From: Pecten maximus
Taxonomy: Eukaryota
Reading direction: 5' to 3'
Length of the DNA stretch: 64,000 bases
NCBI RefSeq assembly: GCF_902652985.1
Contig: NC_047016.1
Span: 38,688,001 to 38,752,000, forward strand
Under the pieces are notes generated by a model that did not search any database, was not told the DNA's origin, and was given only the letters and a program-made list of their open reading frames with translations. The translations under genes were made by a program, and so were the position numbers. This document shows positions 14,101-26,850 of this stretch, in pieces (positions within the stretch are counted from its first letter, which is position 1; every line of letters starts with the position of its first letter).

Positions 14101-14554
14101 GTCGGCTGAAGCGTTTGTCGACAGAATATGTGAACGGATGAAAGGCCTCCTTAACGAGTATAAAACCAAGTTAGGCGACATTCACACAAAAGCAGTGGAA
14201 GAATTGACTGAAGGAAAAGAAGAAGCAACTGGGGAACATATCTTTCTAAGTAACGTTTTAAATCGCCTAGAATATAAATTCCTTTCAGATGAACAAGTTT
14301 TCCTCCACTTGAAAAGGGCAATGGCAAAGCACAGTGAAATTACCGAAAAGAGGCCAACCACTGAACAGAAGCGTGTATTTCGTAAAACTTTGAAACATGA
14401 CGAAAAACCAAGTGTGTATGATTTGATGAGGAAATGCTTGAATATTGACAGCCTTGGTGATGTAACTGTCGTTGATATGGACAATGATATGAACGTTAAG
14501 TCCAAGCTACCTTCAAGAACAAATGGATTATCGGCAGTCGACCTGACATTATAG
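11160..14554 (+). CDS. TRIM E3 ligase (RING, B-box1, B-box2, coiled coil), C-terminally truncated; predicted exons 11160-11191 and 13342-14554
   Basis: ORF 13310-14554 has RING CHLCKKTFNTPKCLPCLHAFCELC..CPTC, two B-boxes and a coiled coil. The phase-2 exon ATGATG...CGATG|GTAAG joins the acceptor TTTTCTAG|G in frame. Exon 1 is inferred. Confidence 0.85.
11457..11908. mobile_element. MITE-like element in the TRIM intron
   Basis: Imperfect inverted ends GTATTAGGGACCAACCAACCAATTG ... CAATTGGTTAGTTGTTCCCTATTAC. Confidence 0.5.
12545..12680. repeat. Compound microsatellite (GACA/CA, then TA)
   Basis: Directly visible. Confidence 0.9.
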
Positions 14555-15055
14555 TACAGAAAGCTGCATTTTGGTGGCCATGTTTCACGACAGAAAAATA
14601 TGTTCATAAAACAGCTGACTTCAGATGTAGAACTCGTACACAATCCTTTTGCAGTAGCCATCTTCGGTTTCGAGACCATGGTGACCTTTCCATAAACAAA
14701 GAGAGGTGTTGCGTTTGGAAGTCAGAAAAAGAAAAAATACACTAAAAACGTGTTATGGAATTGCTGCACTTCCTCACCTTGATTGTATTGTTTTAGTATG
14801 TGATAACAGCCTCGCGATCTTCGACGCCTATCAAAGGCATGGAAGTTGGTAAAATATCACTAGACACTGATGGATACCGTCACGTGACCGTTGACAGGGC
14901 TTCACGGGTCTTCGTCTCCAATCCAAATATACATTGCGTTGTGTGTTGATCTTAGAGTGATCATCACTTGTGCACGTTTATTGATTACCCTATGTGGTAC
15001 CTCTCCGAGTCCCTTGGGGAACGTGTGTGTGGCAGGATATTTCATGATGTCTCTG
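14555..15055 (+). pseudogene. Decayed NHL/beta-propeller C-terminal region of the plus-strand TRIM
   Basis: Past the TAG, broken frames give NPFAVAIFGFETMVTFP, KTCYGIAALPHLDCIVLVCD, HVTVDRASRVFVSNPNIHCV and PLGNVCVAGY, all resembling NHL-type blades. Confidence 0.6.
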
Positions 15056-15988
15056 AAAGGGGCATTTTTACAAGGGGGGGGGGGGGGGGGGGGCAAAACG
15101 TATGTCCTGGGGGACACCGGACATCCATCCCCCTTTTTCTACGGAGGACATTTTTGTATAGCCTTATAAATGAAACAAAATCTTGCATTATCACTTAATT
15201 ACTGAACCCCTCCTTTCGAAAATCCTAGCTCCGTGCCCGATCCAAAATGATTGCAATGAGGTATGGTACATATTGGCCTGTTTCGACCTAACGGTGACCG
15301 TTTTCAAAATAATAATAAGAAAATTCAAAAATGAGTTTTTGAATACATACCTTAAATCTATAACCAGAGACTATACAGATATATGTCTCTGCTATAACAT
15401 ATAAATATTCTTATTTGCGAAAAATGTGTTTGTTCATTATAATGGATATTTCATTAAATGATCTTAAAGATGCATCATCGAGCTAATTGCAACTTTCGAG
15501 GGAGGTTGTCCCGCATTCATATCAATTATTGACATAGCGGAAGACCAATTTTAACAATGTCTTATCTTATTGTATGTACCAAAAGACAACTAAAATCCTA
15601 TTCTTAAAAAGTGGTCCTTCGATGCGCTGGTATCGAAAAAGTGAAAAAAAGCAGTTGATAAAATATTTTAATTTAGCATTAACTAGACTGACTTTATTTG
15701 ATAACAGAAGCATCGCATTCCCATAAGCTTGTATAGCTCATATGGTAGAACCATCGCTTAGCAATCCAAAAGTTTGGAGTTCGAATCACAACGATGTAAC
15801 TTTTTCATATTTTATGTTTCTCAATATTATTAAATTTTTCTTTATCATATTTTTAAGATATTTGAAACATTAAAGGCATATCTGATACAAAATATATTTA
15901 GTATAAAAATGTTTAGTTAGAAAATTTTCACTTGGATAAAAAAGGAGCAAAATGATAACCGATTTACCCCATACTGCAGCTTGACAAC

Positions 15989-16157
15989 AGGCATACATGC
16001 ATGTCAATTTATCAGGGCGCTGTCCTGGACCCACTGGGGGCCGCCAAAATGGGGGCCTTTGCGGCCCCCAGACCCCTCGCCAAAAAAAAAATCCTATGGT
16101 GCTCGCATTATCACTAAATTACTGGACCCCCTTTCGAAAATCCTGCATACATGCCTG
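15989..16157. mobile_element. Small hAT-like MITE
   Basis: Inverted ends CAGGCATACATGCA ... TGCATACATGCCTG around a GC-rich core. Confidence 0.45.
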
Positions 16158-16829
16158 GTGATTCATGTTTTACTATAAATAATATATCCTGATTTGCGTA
16201 AATAACTTATTTTGTACTACATAAATTATCACAGGGATGTTGAAATGATGATTATTGGCGAACTTTGTGGAGATGCCATACGATTTGTATAATGCGTACA
16301 ATTTAAGGTAAAAAAAAAATCCCCCCCCCCCCCTTTTTTTTGACGACTTCCTACGCCACTGTGTGTAACTATACATCCTTCAGAACCAATCGTAATGTGT
16401 ATTTAGATAGGGATAGTGACGATATATAAATCTGTATATGACAACCTTTAATCAATATCCAAGTACTGTACTATGCATGGAAGTCAACACTTAACTTAAC
16501 AATAAGTATCCTGGTTCCAAGATGATCCAAAGCAAACTCAGTGCAAAGGCATTCAACTCTTATACAAAATTTAACTTCCGCGTCCATCTGCTTTTGTAGG
16601 GATATACGATAATAAATTATTCAGATACCCAAGCTATAGGATGCATGAGAGGCAAGTAAAAGAGATAGGGTTATATAGTTACAGGACTTGTATTTCATCT
16701 CTTTTCTTCTGTTGACATTTTCCCAAACAAATGGTAGAGCCCTGTAACGAGTGAGTGGATGATTGGATGAAGATGTGTGTAAGGATGGGAAGTCCCCACT
16801 GTTAAAATACTAAATAGAGTCACTTTCAA

Positions 16830-17299
16830 ACAAGTATGCTCTTAACCAAATTAGCACTAAATCATGTCAATGCTGCAGAAAAAATGTGAATTTCGTTTAC
16901 TAAATTCTCCCTATTGGGCCCCTCTCCTCAGTATCCAGTGGGGCCTGACTCACCACTATATAAAATTGAGTGTCCTTCATTAAAGGATGCTTCAGACCAC
17001 ATTTTGCAAAATACATTTACACCCAACAAAACAAAAAGTATTTTAAAAACTTGCCCTTCATGACCTCTACTGGGCCCTAATCCTCCCACAGGTTCAGCAT
17101 CATCATTTACACAAAACTGAGTACCGTCACTTAATAAGGAAGCTTTTGTTAGGACCAAATTTTGACGTATTCCCATCCTTTTCTAACTTTATCTTATTGG
17201 GCCCTGTCCCTAAGGTCCAAGGGGGCAGACTCACAATGACAGAGGGCCACATCATAACGGCAATAAGCTCAACAGTCCTTTGAACCAGACGAGCTAAAA
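16830..17299 (-). mobile_element. Degraded HINE-type element
   Basis: CCCTATTGGGCCCC units like the 41434-43829 array. Terminus ATAAGCTCAACAG...GAGCTAAAA. Confidence 0.5.
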
Positions 17300-18308
17300 T
17301 TGTGAACAGTGACAATAATATGCATCAGATTAAGTTCAGCAGTCCTTTGAAGCAGGCGAGCTTAAATTGCGAACAATGACAATGATATGCATTAGATTAA
17401 GTTATCTTTTTAAAAAATACCTCCGCAATGGCATGTATTGGAATTGAAAATCTCATTCATATTCATTCAATATTCTTCTTGAGAACTTGTGTTGGATACA
17501 AATTGTGTATATTGCTTACATAGCATCATTTTCCCCATTAACAGTTTTTAGCAATTTTTCACCTTAAATAGTTAGACATGTAGACACTGAAGGATCATTT
17601 TGACTTACAGTTTAAGACACGTTATCTTGCGATTTCTGTTAGGTTGAATATGCTTCCTCTTGTGATATCCATACATGTTATCATCGTAATAAGGTTCATT
17701 TCAAGATAAAATATTTGTCCCAATTTATGGTAGCAAAAAGCTTGTATGCTTGCTCAGAAATGAAACAATGACTTTGAAGGAAAATTGCCATCAGAACGAC
17801 GATACACTTCTGATATTCCTTACAAGAAAATCTTGTCGGTGTAGCACTCTCCTTTGCTCATTAAATACCATTACTTATTTTAACATTATGATACATTTAA
17901 TCTTAATGAAATGTTTATGTCCTCTACATATAGTATATCATAAGTCGATCAAAATAGGATGAATTCAAAATTTCATAGAAATTTTATTTAGCACATTTAA
18001 GTGCCACATATAATACATTTTGTATTTTTATTTAGCACATTGAAGTGCCACATATAATACATTTTGTAATATACAATGTACATGTCATAATTATTACTAT
18101 TTTACATTTACAACAGGATATCATATTTATTCTCAAACAATCCCCCTCACTTGATGCATAATTTCATCTCTGTAAACCACATTTTGGTTAATTGAAGATT
18201 CTGTGAAATTTAAGAAATGGCTTATTTGGGAACAGGAACTTATTTATGAATAAATATGGTAGATATAAATTCGACCAGTACTAATAAGATAAACATAAGT
18301 AGCATATA

Positions 18309-21300
18309 TTATCGTTTTCTGTTCTTGAGTCTTTTCATGTGTTTGTATGGTCCTGCTCCTTTCCGCTTGGCTTCCTGTATCTCAACATACTTTCTCTTGT
18401 TGTACCTGACAAGAAAAAGCAAACGATTCAGTATTCAACAAAATAAACAATGGAATATTTAGCCAAACTTTTTATAACTAATTTCAAACACATTATTACA
18501 TGCTTCAGATCAACTTTGATGTCATTCATATTGTTGAAATGACAGTGTAAATAATCATTATTCATTGTTTATCTGTTCGCTTGGATTATTTTAACACTTT
18601 ATACTGTATAAGCCATATGCAAAGTTAATTGAGAGACAGTCAGATAGAATTATATTCTTACGTTCTGAATTCTGCATCCGCTAATAATTCATCCACCATG
18701 GTGGACTTTCTCTGTTTCTTTGGAATCCTCGAATGGTAGAAATCTACCGGACTCTCGATAACTTTTCCAAACTGTAATTAGAATAAATCAAAACCATGTA
18801 TATACTACAATTCATCAATAGAGAAGTTAAAACTAACACAAATTTCTGAACACTTAAGCACATTTCATAAATGCATACAGTTAATTTCATCACAATAAAA
18901 GTCAAATGATGGCCATGTAAATAAAGCCAACTTTTACCATTGAAAAATTTTGAGACTGTAGACAGGAACTGCTAGACAGAAAGGCAGTAAATGGCAATAT
19001 CAACTACATTCAGGATCACGTTTCACCATGTCAATTCTTGTATTATTGAATAAACTCATCTTTGATGATTGATCATGATGTTGACTTTTTTGTGATAATT
19101 TTTGAAATTAGATTTTTATAAACATTAATTTATTTGAAATGGAATACTAAAACATGTTTTTGTCTTATTTTGTTGAGAAAATTTATGTAACAGATATGCA
19201 AATTGTGATGGAAATGTCTTGACAATGTTATTTTTCAATATGTCAGTAAAATATATCTCTTTATATACATGTATATCACAACAAAATAAAATCCTAAGGG
19301 GAAATTCTCCAATAACCAACGTCCCACAGAGTTCAAAAAGATGCTTTGTTTCATCACTTGGTTCCAGGAGGATCCATAGTAGATACAGAGGCCTCTTAAG
19401 CAATCCAGGTAAATAACAAAATAAAAAGAAGAGTGCCAACTCCTGAATCCAGGTATCTAAATGTTGTATTGAAAAGGAATGCTGGTTGCCGACATGTTTC
19501 GGCCTACTAGGTAGGCTGTCCTCAGGGTACAGCTTACATAGTACTACAGTGTTACATGATGTACAGGTAGTGGTAAGTGGAGACAATACAACAATTCATT
19601 CATAAGACTTTGAAGAAAATAATATTTGATCTTAGTCACATAAACAAATAATCATTTATTAAGAGACAATGTAAACACAAGTGTATATCTAACCTGAAAG
19701 AACTTTGGGAGAGCTTTAATATCATTATTCTTGTAAAATCTTTTTGGGTCAAGAGCTCGTCTCATCTGTAGAACAGTCAGATCATTCTTTGTCTCCTCTG
19801 TCATCTCCGGTGCCTTCATGTCGAACCAACCTTTTCCTTTAGTCATCTGTTTATCTTTCTGTGAAAGAAGTTCATCAAGAATTAAAGAGAATAAAATAAC
19901 TATATAGTGTCACTGATTAAAATTATGGTGTCACTGATCAAAATTAGAAATAAGATTTATCACATTACATAAAATCATTTCAATCAGATTTATCACATTA
20001 CACATGTACAAAAAATCATTTGAACTAGATGTAACAGAGCACAGGATTTATTTAAATTCAAATCACTGCCTACGCTAGGGATTGAACCCGTGACCTTTGG
20101 CTTACTAGTCTTACACTCACCGATCGAGCTGAAGAGAAGATCTCTCTAGCCGAGCAGTATATTATGGCTATCATTTACCAGGGTTACATATAGATTTATC
20201 TTATAAAAACATAAAACTATTTTAATTGATCTTGTACATATATGGAAAACTTGAATCTAGGACTTCAAAAATGTGACACCTTTTCTTAATTGTCTACTAA
20301 AATTAAAACAATTATTGGAGTTGACAAGTTGAAGAACACCTGTTTTCTACAATAAAGTTGCTGATTAATAGGAAATCCTACCTTCCTTTGTTTCTTGAGC
20401 TTTTGTAAACTTTCCTGATACGGTGGTAATGCATATTTCTTTTCTATATCTGGCTGCAGAACACTTTTTTTCATTATCTAAAAAGAAATAACACTTTTTT
20501 ATACATTGTAAAAGGGAATGAATGGTCCATTGAATAGCCATAACAGAAACAACATTACAAAACATTTACACAGACAAGTATACATGTTTCAGAACAATAT
20601 AGTTCTCGTTCATACTGACATTTACCAAGTACTCTTTTTTGTTTATTTTTTTTAAAGATTTTTTTTTTTGCCTTTTCCCAGTTTCTCATATCTCCACCTT
20701 TTAGTAATCTGTCTTTAACAACAACCCACAAAAAGAACTTGCATACTTCCATCCAGGCCAACAAGAGTGATTAATATAAGTTGAAATAAAACTTGTTTTG
20801 TAGTTGTAAAATAAATAAATTTAACATATAAATTTGTTTATAACACAGCACAAAAAGAACTAATGGATTCCAAAATGGCAGTGATCTATTGTAAATTGTA
20901 TATGTCTTTGATGCAATTTCTGGTCAGATACTCACTTCACTGTCTTTGTCTGATCCTTTTATTAAATTCTGAATGGTGGATTCCTTTGTCTGCTTTACTG
21001 TTGAATGTGTTGGTTTCTTTAAATAGGTATCATGTAGATTCACATTACTCTGTATTTTCGATGATAATGTAACCCTGAAATAAGATGGAAACGTTATAAA
21101 CAACCACCGATAAAGAATATTTGAAATATGTACAGTATTATTGAATATATTCCTTGAGGATTATTTCATTTCTTCATTTTTATACCTCAAAAATAAAACT
21201 ATTGAAGAAATTATTATTTAGTTATCCTTATCATTTTGCTGCAATATTGGCCGCAGAATCAATCAATATATCATTTTTACGCTAATTATATGGGTTTGTA

Positions 21301-24300
21301 AATATAATGTATTTTCTGATGAGGTACATGATAAATACGATTAGATTCTCCATAAACAATGTTTATCATTTTTGAAGTGTTCCAGAAACAAACAAACAAC
21401 AAGAGATCCCAGAGGGATCTTGGCACCCACCATTGAATGATCTTTAAAGGTTCCATGTCAGATTGATCTTTTCTCTACTTTTTCCTTCCTCTAAGTCTTA
21501 ATTACTAATCTGTGTAAATTCAGAAACAGCCCTCTAGTACTTTTCAAACAAGGGTAACCTATATATAAAATTTAAGATTTGGCGATAATGGCTGTCTGTT
21601 GTTTTCGGATTGGTCCCAAAATGCAACACCAGGGACCAAGGGGAACCTACATATGAAATTTCAGGAAGATCCCTTCAGTACCTTCTGTAAAATAGCGATA
21701 ACAAACTTCAATTGTCAAAATACAAGATGGCTGCCTGTCGGGCAGGTTGTTTTCTGACTGGTCTCAAAATCTTATATGCATAACTAGGCACAGAGGGCAA
21801 CCTACAAATGAAATTTCAGAAAGATCCCTTCATCAATTTCTGAGAAATAGCGATAACAAACTTCAATTGTCAAAATCCAAGATGGCTGCCTGTCGGCCAT
21901 GTTGTTTTCCGCCGATAGGTCTCAAAATGCAATATGCATAACTAGGCACCAAGGGGAACCTACATATGAAATTTGAGAAAGATCCCTTCAGTACTTTCTC
22001 AGAAATAGCAATAACAATCTTCAATTGTCAAAATCCAAGATGGCTGCCTGTCGGCCATGTTGTTTTCCGATTGGTCTCAAAATGCAATATGCATAACTAG
22101 GCACCAAGGGGAATCTACATATGAAATTTGAGAAAGATCCCTTCAGTACTTTCTCAGAAATAGCGATAACAAACTTCAATTATCAAAATCCAAGATGGCT
22201 GCCTGTCGGCCATGTTGTCTTCCGATTGGTCTCAACATGCAATATGCATAACTAAGTACCAAGGGGAGCCTACATATGAAATCTGAGAAAGATCCCTTCA
22301 GTACTTTCTCAGAAATAGCGATAACAAACTTCAATTATCAAAATCCAAGATGGCTGCCTGTCGGCCATGTTGTTTTCCGATTGGTCTTAAAATGCAATAT
22401 GCATAACAAGACACCAAGTGGAACCTACATATGAAATTTGAGAAAGATCCCTTCAGTACTTTCTGAAAAATAGCGATAACAAACTTCAACTATCAAAATC
22501 CAAGATGGCTGCTTGTCAGCCATGTTGTTTTCCGATTGGTCTCAAAATGCAATATGCATAACTAGGCACCAAGGGGAGCCTACATATGAAATTTCAGAAA
22601 GATCCCTTCAGTACTTTCTCAGAAATAGCGATAACAAACTTCAATTATCAAAATCCAAGATGGCTGCCTGTCGGCCATGTTGTTTTCTGATTGGTCTCAA
22701 AATGCAATATGCATAACTAAGCACCAAGTGGAACCTACATATGAAATTTGAGAAAGATCCCTTCAGTACTTTCTGAAAAATAGCGATAACAAACTTCAAT
22801 TATCAAAATCCAAGATGGCTGCCTGTCGGCCATGTTGTCTTTGGATTGGTCTCAAAATGCAATATGCATAACTAAGTACCAAGGGGAGCCTACATATGAA
22901 ATCTGAGAAAGATCCCTTCAGTACTTTCTCAGAAATAGCGATAACAAACTTCAATTATCAAAATCCAAGATGGCTGCCTGTCGGCCATGTTGTTTTCTGA
23001 TTGGTCTTAAAATGCAATATGCATAACTAGACACCAAGTGGAACCTACATATGAAATTTGAGAAAGATCCCTTCAGTACTTTCTGAAAAATAGCGATAAC
23101 AAACTTCAACTATCAAAATCCAAGATGGCTGCTTGTCAGCCATGTTGTTTTCCGATTGGTCTCAAAATGCAATATGCATAACTAAGCACCAAGGGGAGCC
23201 TACATATGAAATTTGAGAAAGATCCCTTCAGTACTTTCTCAGAAATAGCGATAACAAACTTCAATTATCAAAATCCAAGATGGATGCCTGTCTGCCATGT
23301 TGTTGTCCGATTGGTCTCAAAATGTAATATGCATAACTAGGCACCAAGGGGAACCCACATATGAAATTTGAGAAAGATCCCTTCAGTACTTTCGGAGGAT
23401 TAGCGATAACAAGAATTGTTTACGGACGGACGGACGGAGGGACGACGGACCACGGACGCAGGGCGATTTGAATAAAAACAACATAAGCAGCTCATATAGG
23501 CCTACAGTACGTGTTTGGCGGTTCCACCAGGAACGAAATATACTAACCATACTTCAAATGATAACTTAGCATAGTCGGTCCACCTAATGAGTGTCCTGTG
23601 GGGAATGAGTGTCCTGTGGGAGTTTTTTCACGCCCCGCAATTCGTTTAGTAATATTTTAAAATAATTTTTTCTGTATCATACAGATGAACGTCGAACCCA
23701 TTACCATGCCAAATTTGACTTGGATTGGACGTGTGCATATTATGCATTTTTTACGACAAAGTTACGGTGCAGCGCACATGCGAGTGTCCTGTGAGGTTTT
23801 TTCACGCCCCGCAATTCGTTAAGTGACATTTTCAAATAATTTTTTCTGTATCATACAGATGAACATCTAACCGATTAATTTGCCAAATTTGACTTTGATT
23901 GAACGAGTGCATATTATGCTAATGTACCGGCAAAGTTACGATGCATTACACATGTGAGCGTCCTGTGAGGAATGAGTGTCCTGTGAGAGTTTTTTCACGC
24001 CCCGCGATTCATTAAAAGACATTTTAAAATCATTTTTTCTCTAGCATACAGATGAACATAGAACATATTAGCATGCAAAATTTGACTATGATTGGACAAG
24101 GGCATATAATGCAAATATATGCAAATCTATCGGCGAAGTTACGGTGCACTACACACGTGAGTGTCCTGTGAGGAATGAGTGTCCTGTGAGAGATTTTACA
24201 CGCCCCGCAATTCGTTAAGTGATATTTTTAAATATTTTTTTCTGTTTCATACAGATGAACATCTAACCCATAACCATGCCAAATTTGACTTCGATTGGAC

Positions 24301-25562
24301 ATGTGCTTATGATGCATTTTTTACGACAAAGTTACGTGCTGATCGATTTGTTCGCACGCCCCATTACCGATGGTAATACACATGTACCACCCATGGAGTG
24401 TCCTGTGGCGCCGTGCCAACCTCGGGTACCTTGACGTGTTAGTGTCTTCAAATCATCCATATGAATCAAACCACTGCAAAGATATTTGTGATTGACAATG
24501 GTAACAGGCTCAATGTGCATTTGTATGATACAGAAAAAATAATTCTAAAATATCATTTAATGAGTTGCGGGGCATGCAAAAACAATCACAGGACACTCAT
24601 TCCTCACAGGACATTTGTATGTTTATGGCACCGTAACTTCGTGTTCGCCGGTACATTTGTATAGTATGCACTCGTTATATCACAGTCAAATTTTACATGT
24701 AAATAGGTTAGATATTCATGTAAATAGGTTAGATATTCATCTGTATGATACAGAAAAAATAATTCTAAAATATCATTTAATGAATTGCGGGGCGTGCAAA
24801 AACACTCACAGGACACTCATTCCTCACAGGTCACATTCCTCGCAGGACACTCACAGTTTTATGGCACCGTTACTTCGTCTTCGCCGTTACATTTGCATGT
24901 TATGCACCCGTCCAATCAAAGTCAAATTTTGCATGTTATTAGGTTTAATATTCATCTGTATGATACAGAAAAAATAATGTTGAAATATCGTTTAATGAAT
25001 TACGGGGCGTGCGAAAACCTCACAGGACACTCGCATGTGCACTGCACCGTAACTATGTCGTTAAAAATGCATAATATGCACACGTCCAATCAAAGTCAAA
25101 TTTCGCATGTTAATGGGTTCGATGTTCATCTGTATGATACAGAAAAAAATATTTAAAAATATCACTTAACGAATTGCGGGGCGTGAAAAACTCTCACAGG
25201 ACACTCATTAGGCACACCCAGCATAGTAACATGGACAACCTAAATGAATTTGTTAAATAGAGATCCAAATACTAAAATAATAATCTGTCGATATTTCAGC
25301 CAAGAAATTGCTATAAATATGCTACAAACTTGGATTGAATGTTTATAAAAGCATATTACCGGTTATTGCTAGCTCGGTCCATGCTGGTCCCTTTGCTAGT
25401 TTTCTTTACTGAATTGTCAGATTTTGTCTTGGTAACGTTACTTTTGATTTTGTCCAATGCTCTAACAACCAGATCTTCCATTTCGCTATCTGATGATTCT
25501 TCGATTTCATTATCTGATGATTCTTCGATTTCACTATCTGATGATTCTTCGGAAGATTCCAT
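18309..25562 (-). CDS. DNTTIP2: Deoxynucleotidyltransferase terminal-interacting protein 2 (Fcf2 pre-rRNA processing domain); coding exons approx. 25360-25562, 20936-21074, 20382-20477, 19694-19858, 18662-18771, 18309-18405
   Basis: Spliced translation contains TKGKGWFDMKAPEMTEETKNDLTVLQMRRALDPKRFYK..ALPKFFQFGKVIESPVDFYHSRIPKKQRKSTMVDELLADAEF, typical of Fcf2. GT-AG junctions are phase-consistent. Probable non-coding exon 1 with donor at 25775. Confidence 0.92.
20030..20188 (-). mobile_element. Solo-LTR-like element containing a tRNA-like segment
   Basis: TGTAAC...GTTACA ends. Minus strand reads AGCTCGATCGGTGAGTG...GGGTTCAATCCC (A/B-box-like). Confidence 0.55.
21398..23478 (-). mobile_element. 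Helentron/HINE-type non-autonomous element with a ~12 x 155-bp tandem array
   Basis: AACAAGAG terminus with short palindrome. CAAGATGGCT recurs at 22036, 22191, 22346 and 22501. (GGAC)n microsatellite near the other end. Lies in a DNTTIP2 intron. Confidence 0.8.
23583..25212. mobile_element. Foldback-type element, 1.63 kb, arms built of ~175-205-bp repeats in opposite orientation
   Basis: Starts CCTAATGAGTGTCCTGTG and ends CACAGGACACTCATTAGG. About four units per arm, ~170-bp centre, flanked by CA on both sides. Confidence 0.85.
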
Positions 25563-26369
25563 TACTAAAACACAAATATCAACAAACTAAATGATATAAC
25601 ACACGTGTTTCTTAACGTTTGATTACTTGGACCAAAGGACGTCGCGCATTTACTTCCCTAATATGAAAATATAGTTCTTGAATCCGATGGATTTCATATC
25701 ATCTGCAATGATTCTAGACTATACAAATAACGATCAGGTGTAGGTAATGATAATATCACGTGAAACGTTAGTTACCTTTATAAAAATAGTGGATAAATTT
25801 AGGTTTTCAGCGGAGTAATATATAAATACGAAAGATCAGGGCGCGACGAATTACCCAAATCTACCCAAATCTACCCAAATCCACCCAAATCTACCCAAAT
25901 CCACCCAAATCTACCTTAATCTACTATGTAAATCAAACAAAATCATACTTACAGCTGATAATTTGGGAACGTGAACTTGTTAAATCAATTTTTAGTGCAT
26001 CATTGTCGCGTAAAGCACCATGAATCGATATAATGTACACAAACACTCTAACTTCAGTAGCGGTTATCTCCCCTTATGCATATAATGTCAAGGAACAACA
26101 AAGACCTGGTTAATTTAAAGACAATTTATTACGTAGAATATTGATTATATAACAAGCAATTCGTGAAGTCGATGTATAAAAATAGTAGATTTCTACGAAA
26201 TAATTCTTAGACAAAAGTCTTCTATAATTCTAAGCAAAGCCTACATGTAAATATAAACGTCTGTTGAATGTTAAAAAATGTTAAAATCCAATTGTTACAT
26301 ACACATATAATTTTTTACCAACATTCATAAAATTACTATGTATTTAATCGGTACATTTCAATAATTTTT

Positions 26370-26555
26370 ATGAACAATACAGTCGTATCCAATGTGACAT
26401 CTCATAAACATCTTGGTGTATACTTGTCCTCTAGTTTTGACTTGGTTGACCACATTGAAACTTTCATACGTTTAGGTACACTGAGGAAACTGAAATATGT
26501 TCTTGATAGAAACTCTCTACAGACTCTATATATATCTTTCATTAGAATAAGCTGA
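26370..26555 (+). pseudogene. Fragment of a non-LTR (CR1/L2-like) reverse transcriptase C-terminal region
   Basis: VTSHKHLGVYLSS...LRKLKYVLDRNSLQTLYISFIR matches the post-RT motif typical of CR1/L2-clade ORF2. Confidence 0.65.
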
Positions 26556-26850
26556 TATTGTTTTGGATGCACTACCACAATAGCTTATATACGTATAAAA
26601 AGTAAATCTCATAATCTATTCCACATATATAAAAACCATGTTAGATACAAATACAATGCATATATATATATATATAAAAAACATACACGCTCTAAAATGT
26701 ACAAATACAATACTGTCATTGACAGTAGACATATTTCAGTTCTCACTTTAAGCAAAGTGCACCTGACGAGGTGACGAGTCTGAAATTGACTACTTATTTG
26801 TATTTACCACTAAAATGAAAAAAATGCAAAATTTATAAGTAATTAAAACA

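Noticed and set aside
14182-14679. 165-aa antisense ORF, and plus-strand ORFs at 9226-10335
   Set aside because: Shadow frames of the TRIM coding sequences with no recognisable motifs.
15731-15795. tRNA-like sequence with A/B boxes
   Set aside because: No convincing acceptor or anticodon stems; more likely a degenerate repeat-borne tRNA-like segment. The same applies to the tRNA-like parts at 20070, 47520 and 57140.
19125-19586. 153-aa minus-strand ORF and other short AT-rich ORFs
   Set aside because: Intronic to DNTTIP2 or GOLGA2, with no domain motifs and composition typical of non-coding DNA.
21570-23415. Regular arrays here and at 41610-43715 and 36455-36776 as CRISPR-like loci or repeat proteins
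   Set aside because: Whole monomers repeat with no unique spacers, the context is eukaryotic, no cas genes are present, and the short ORFs are repeat by-products.
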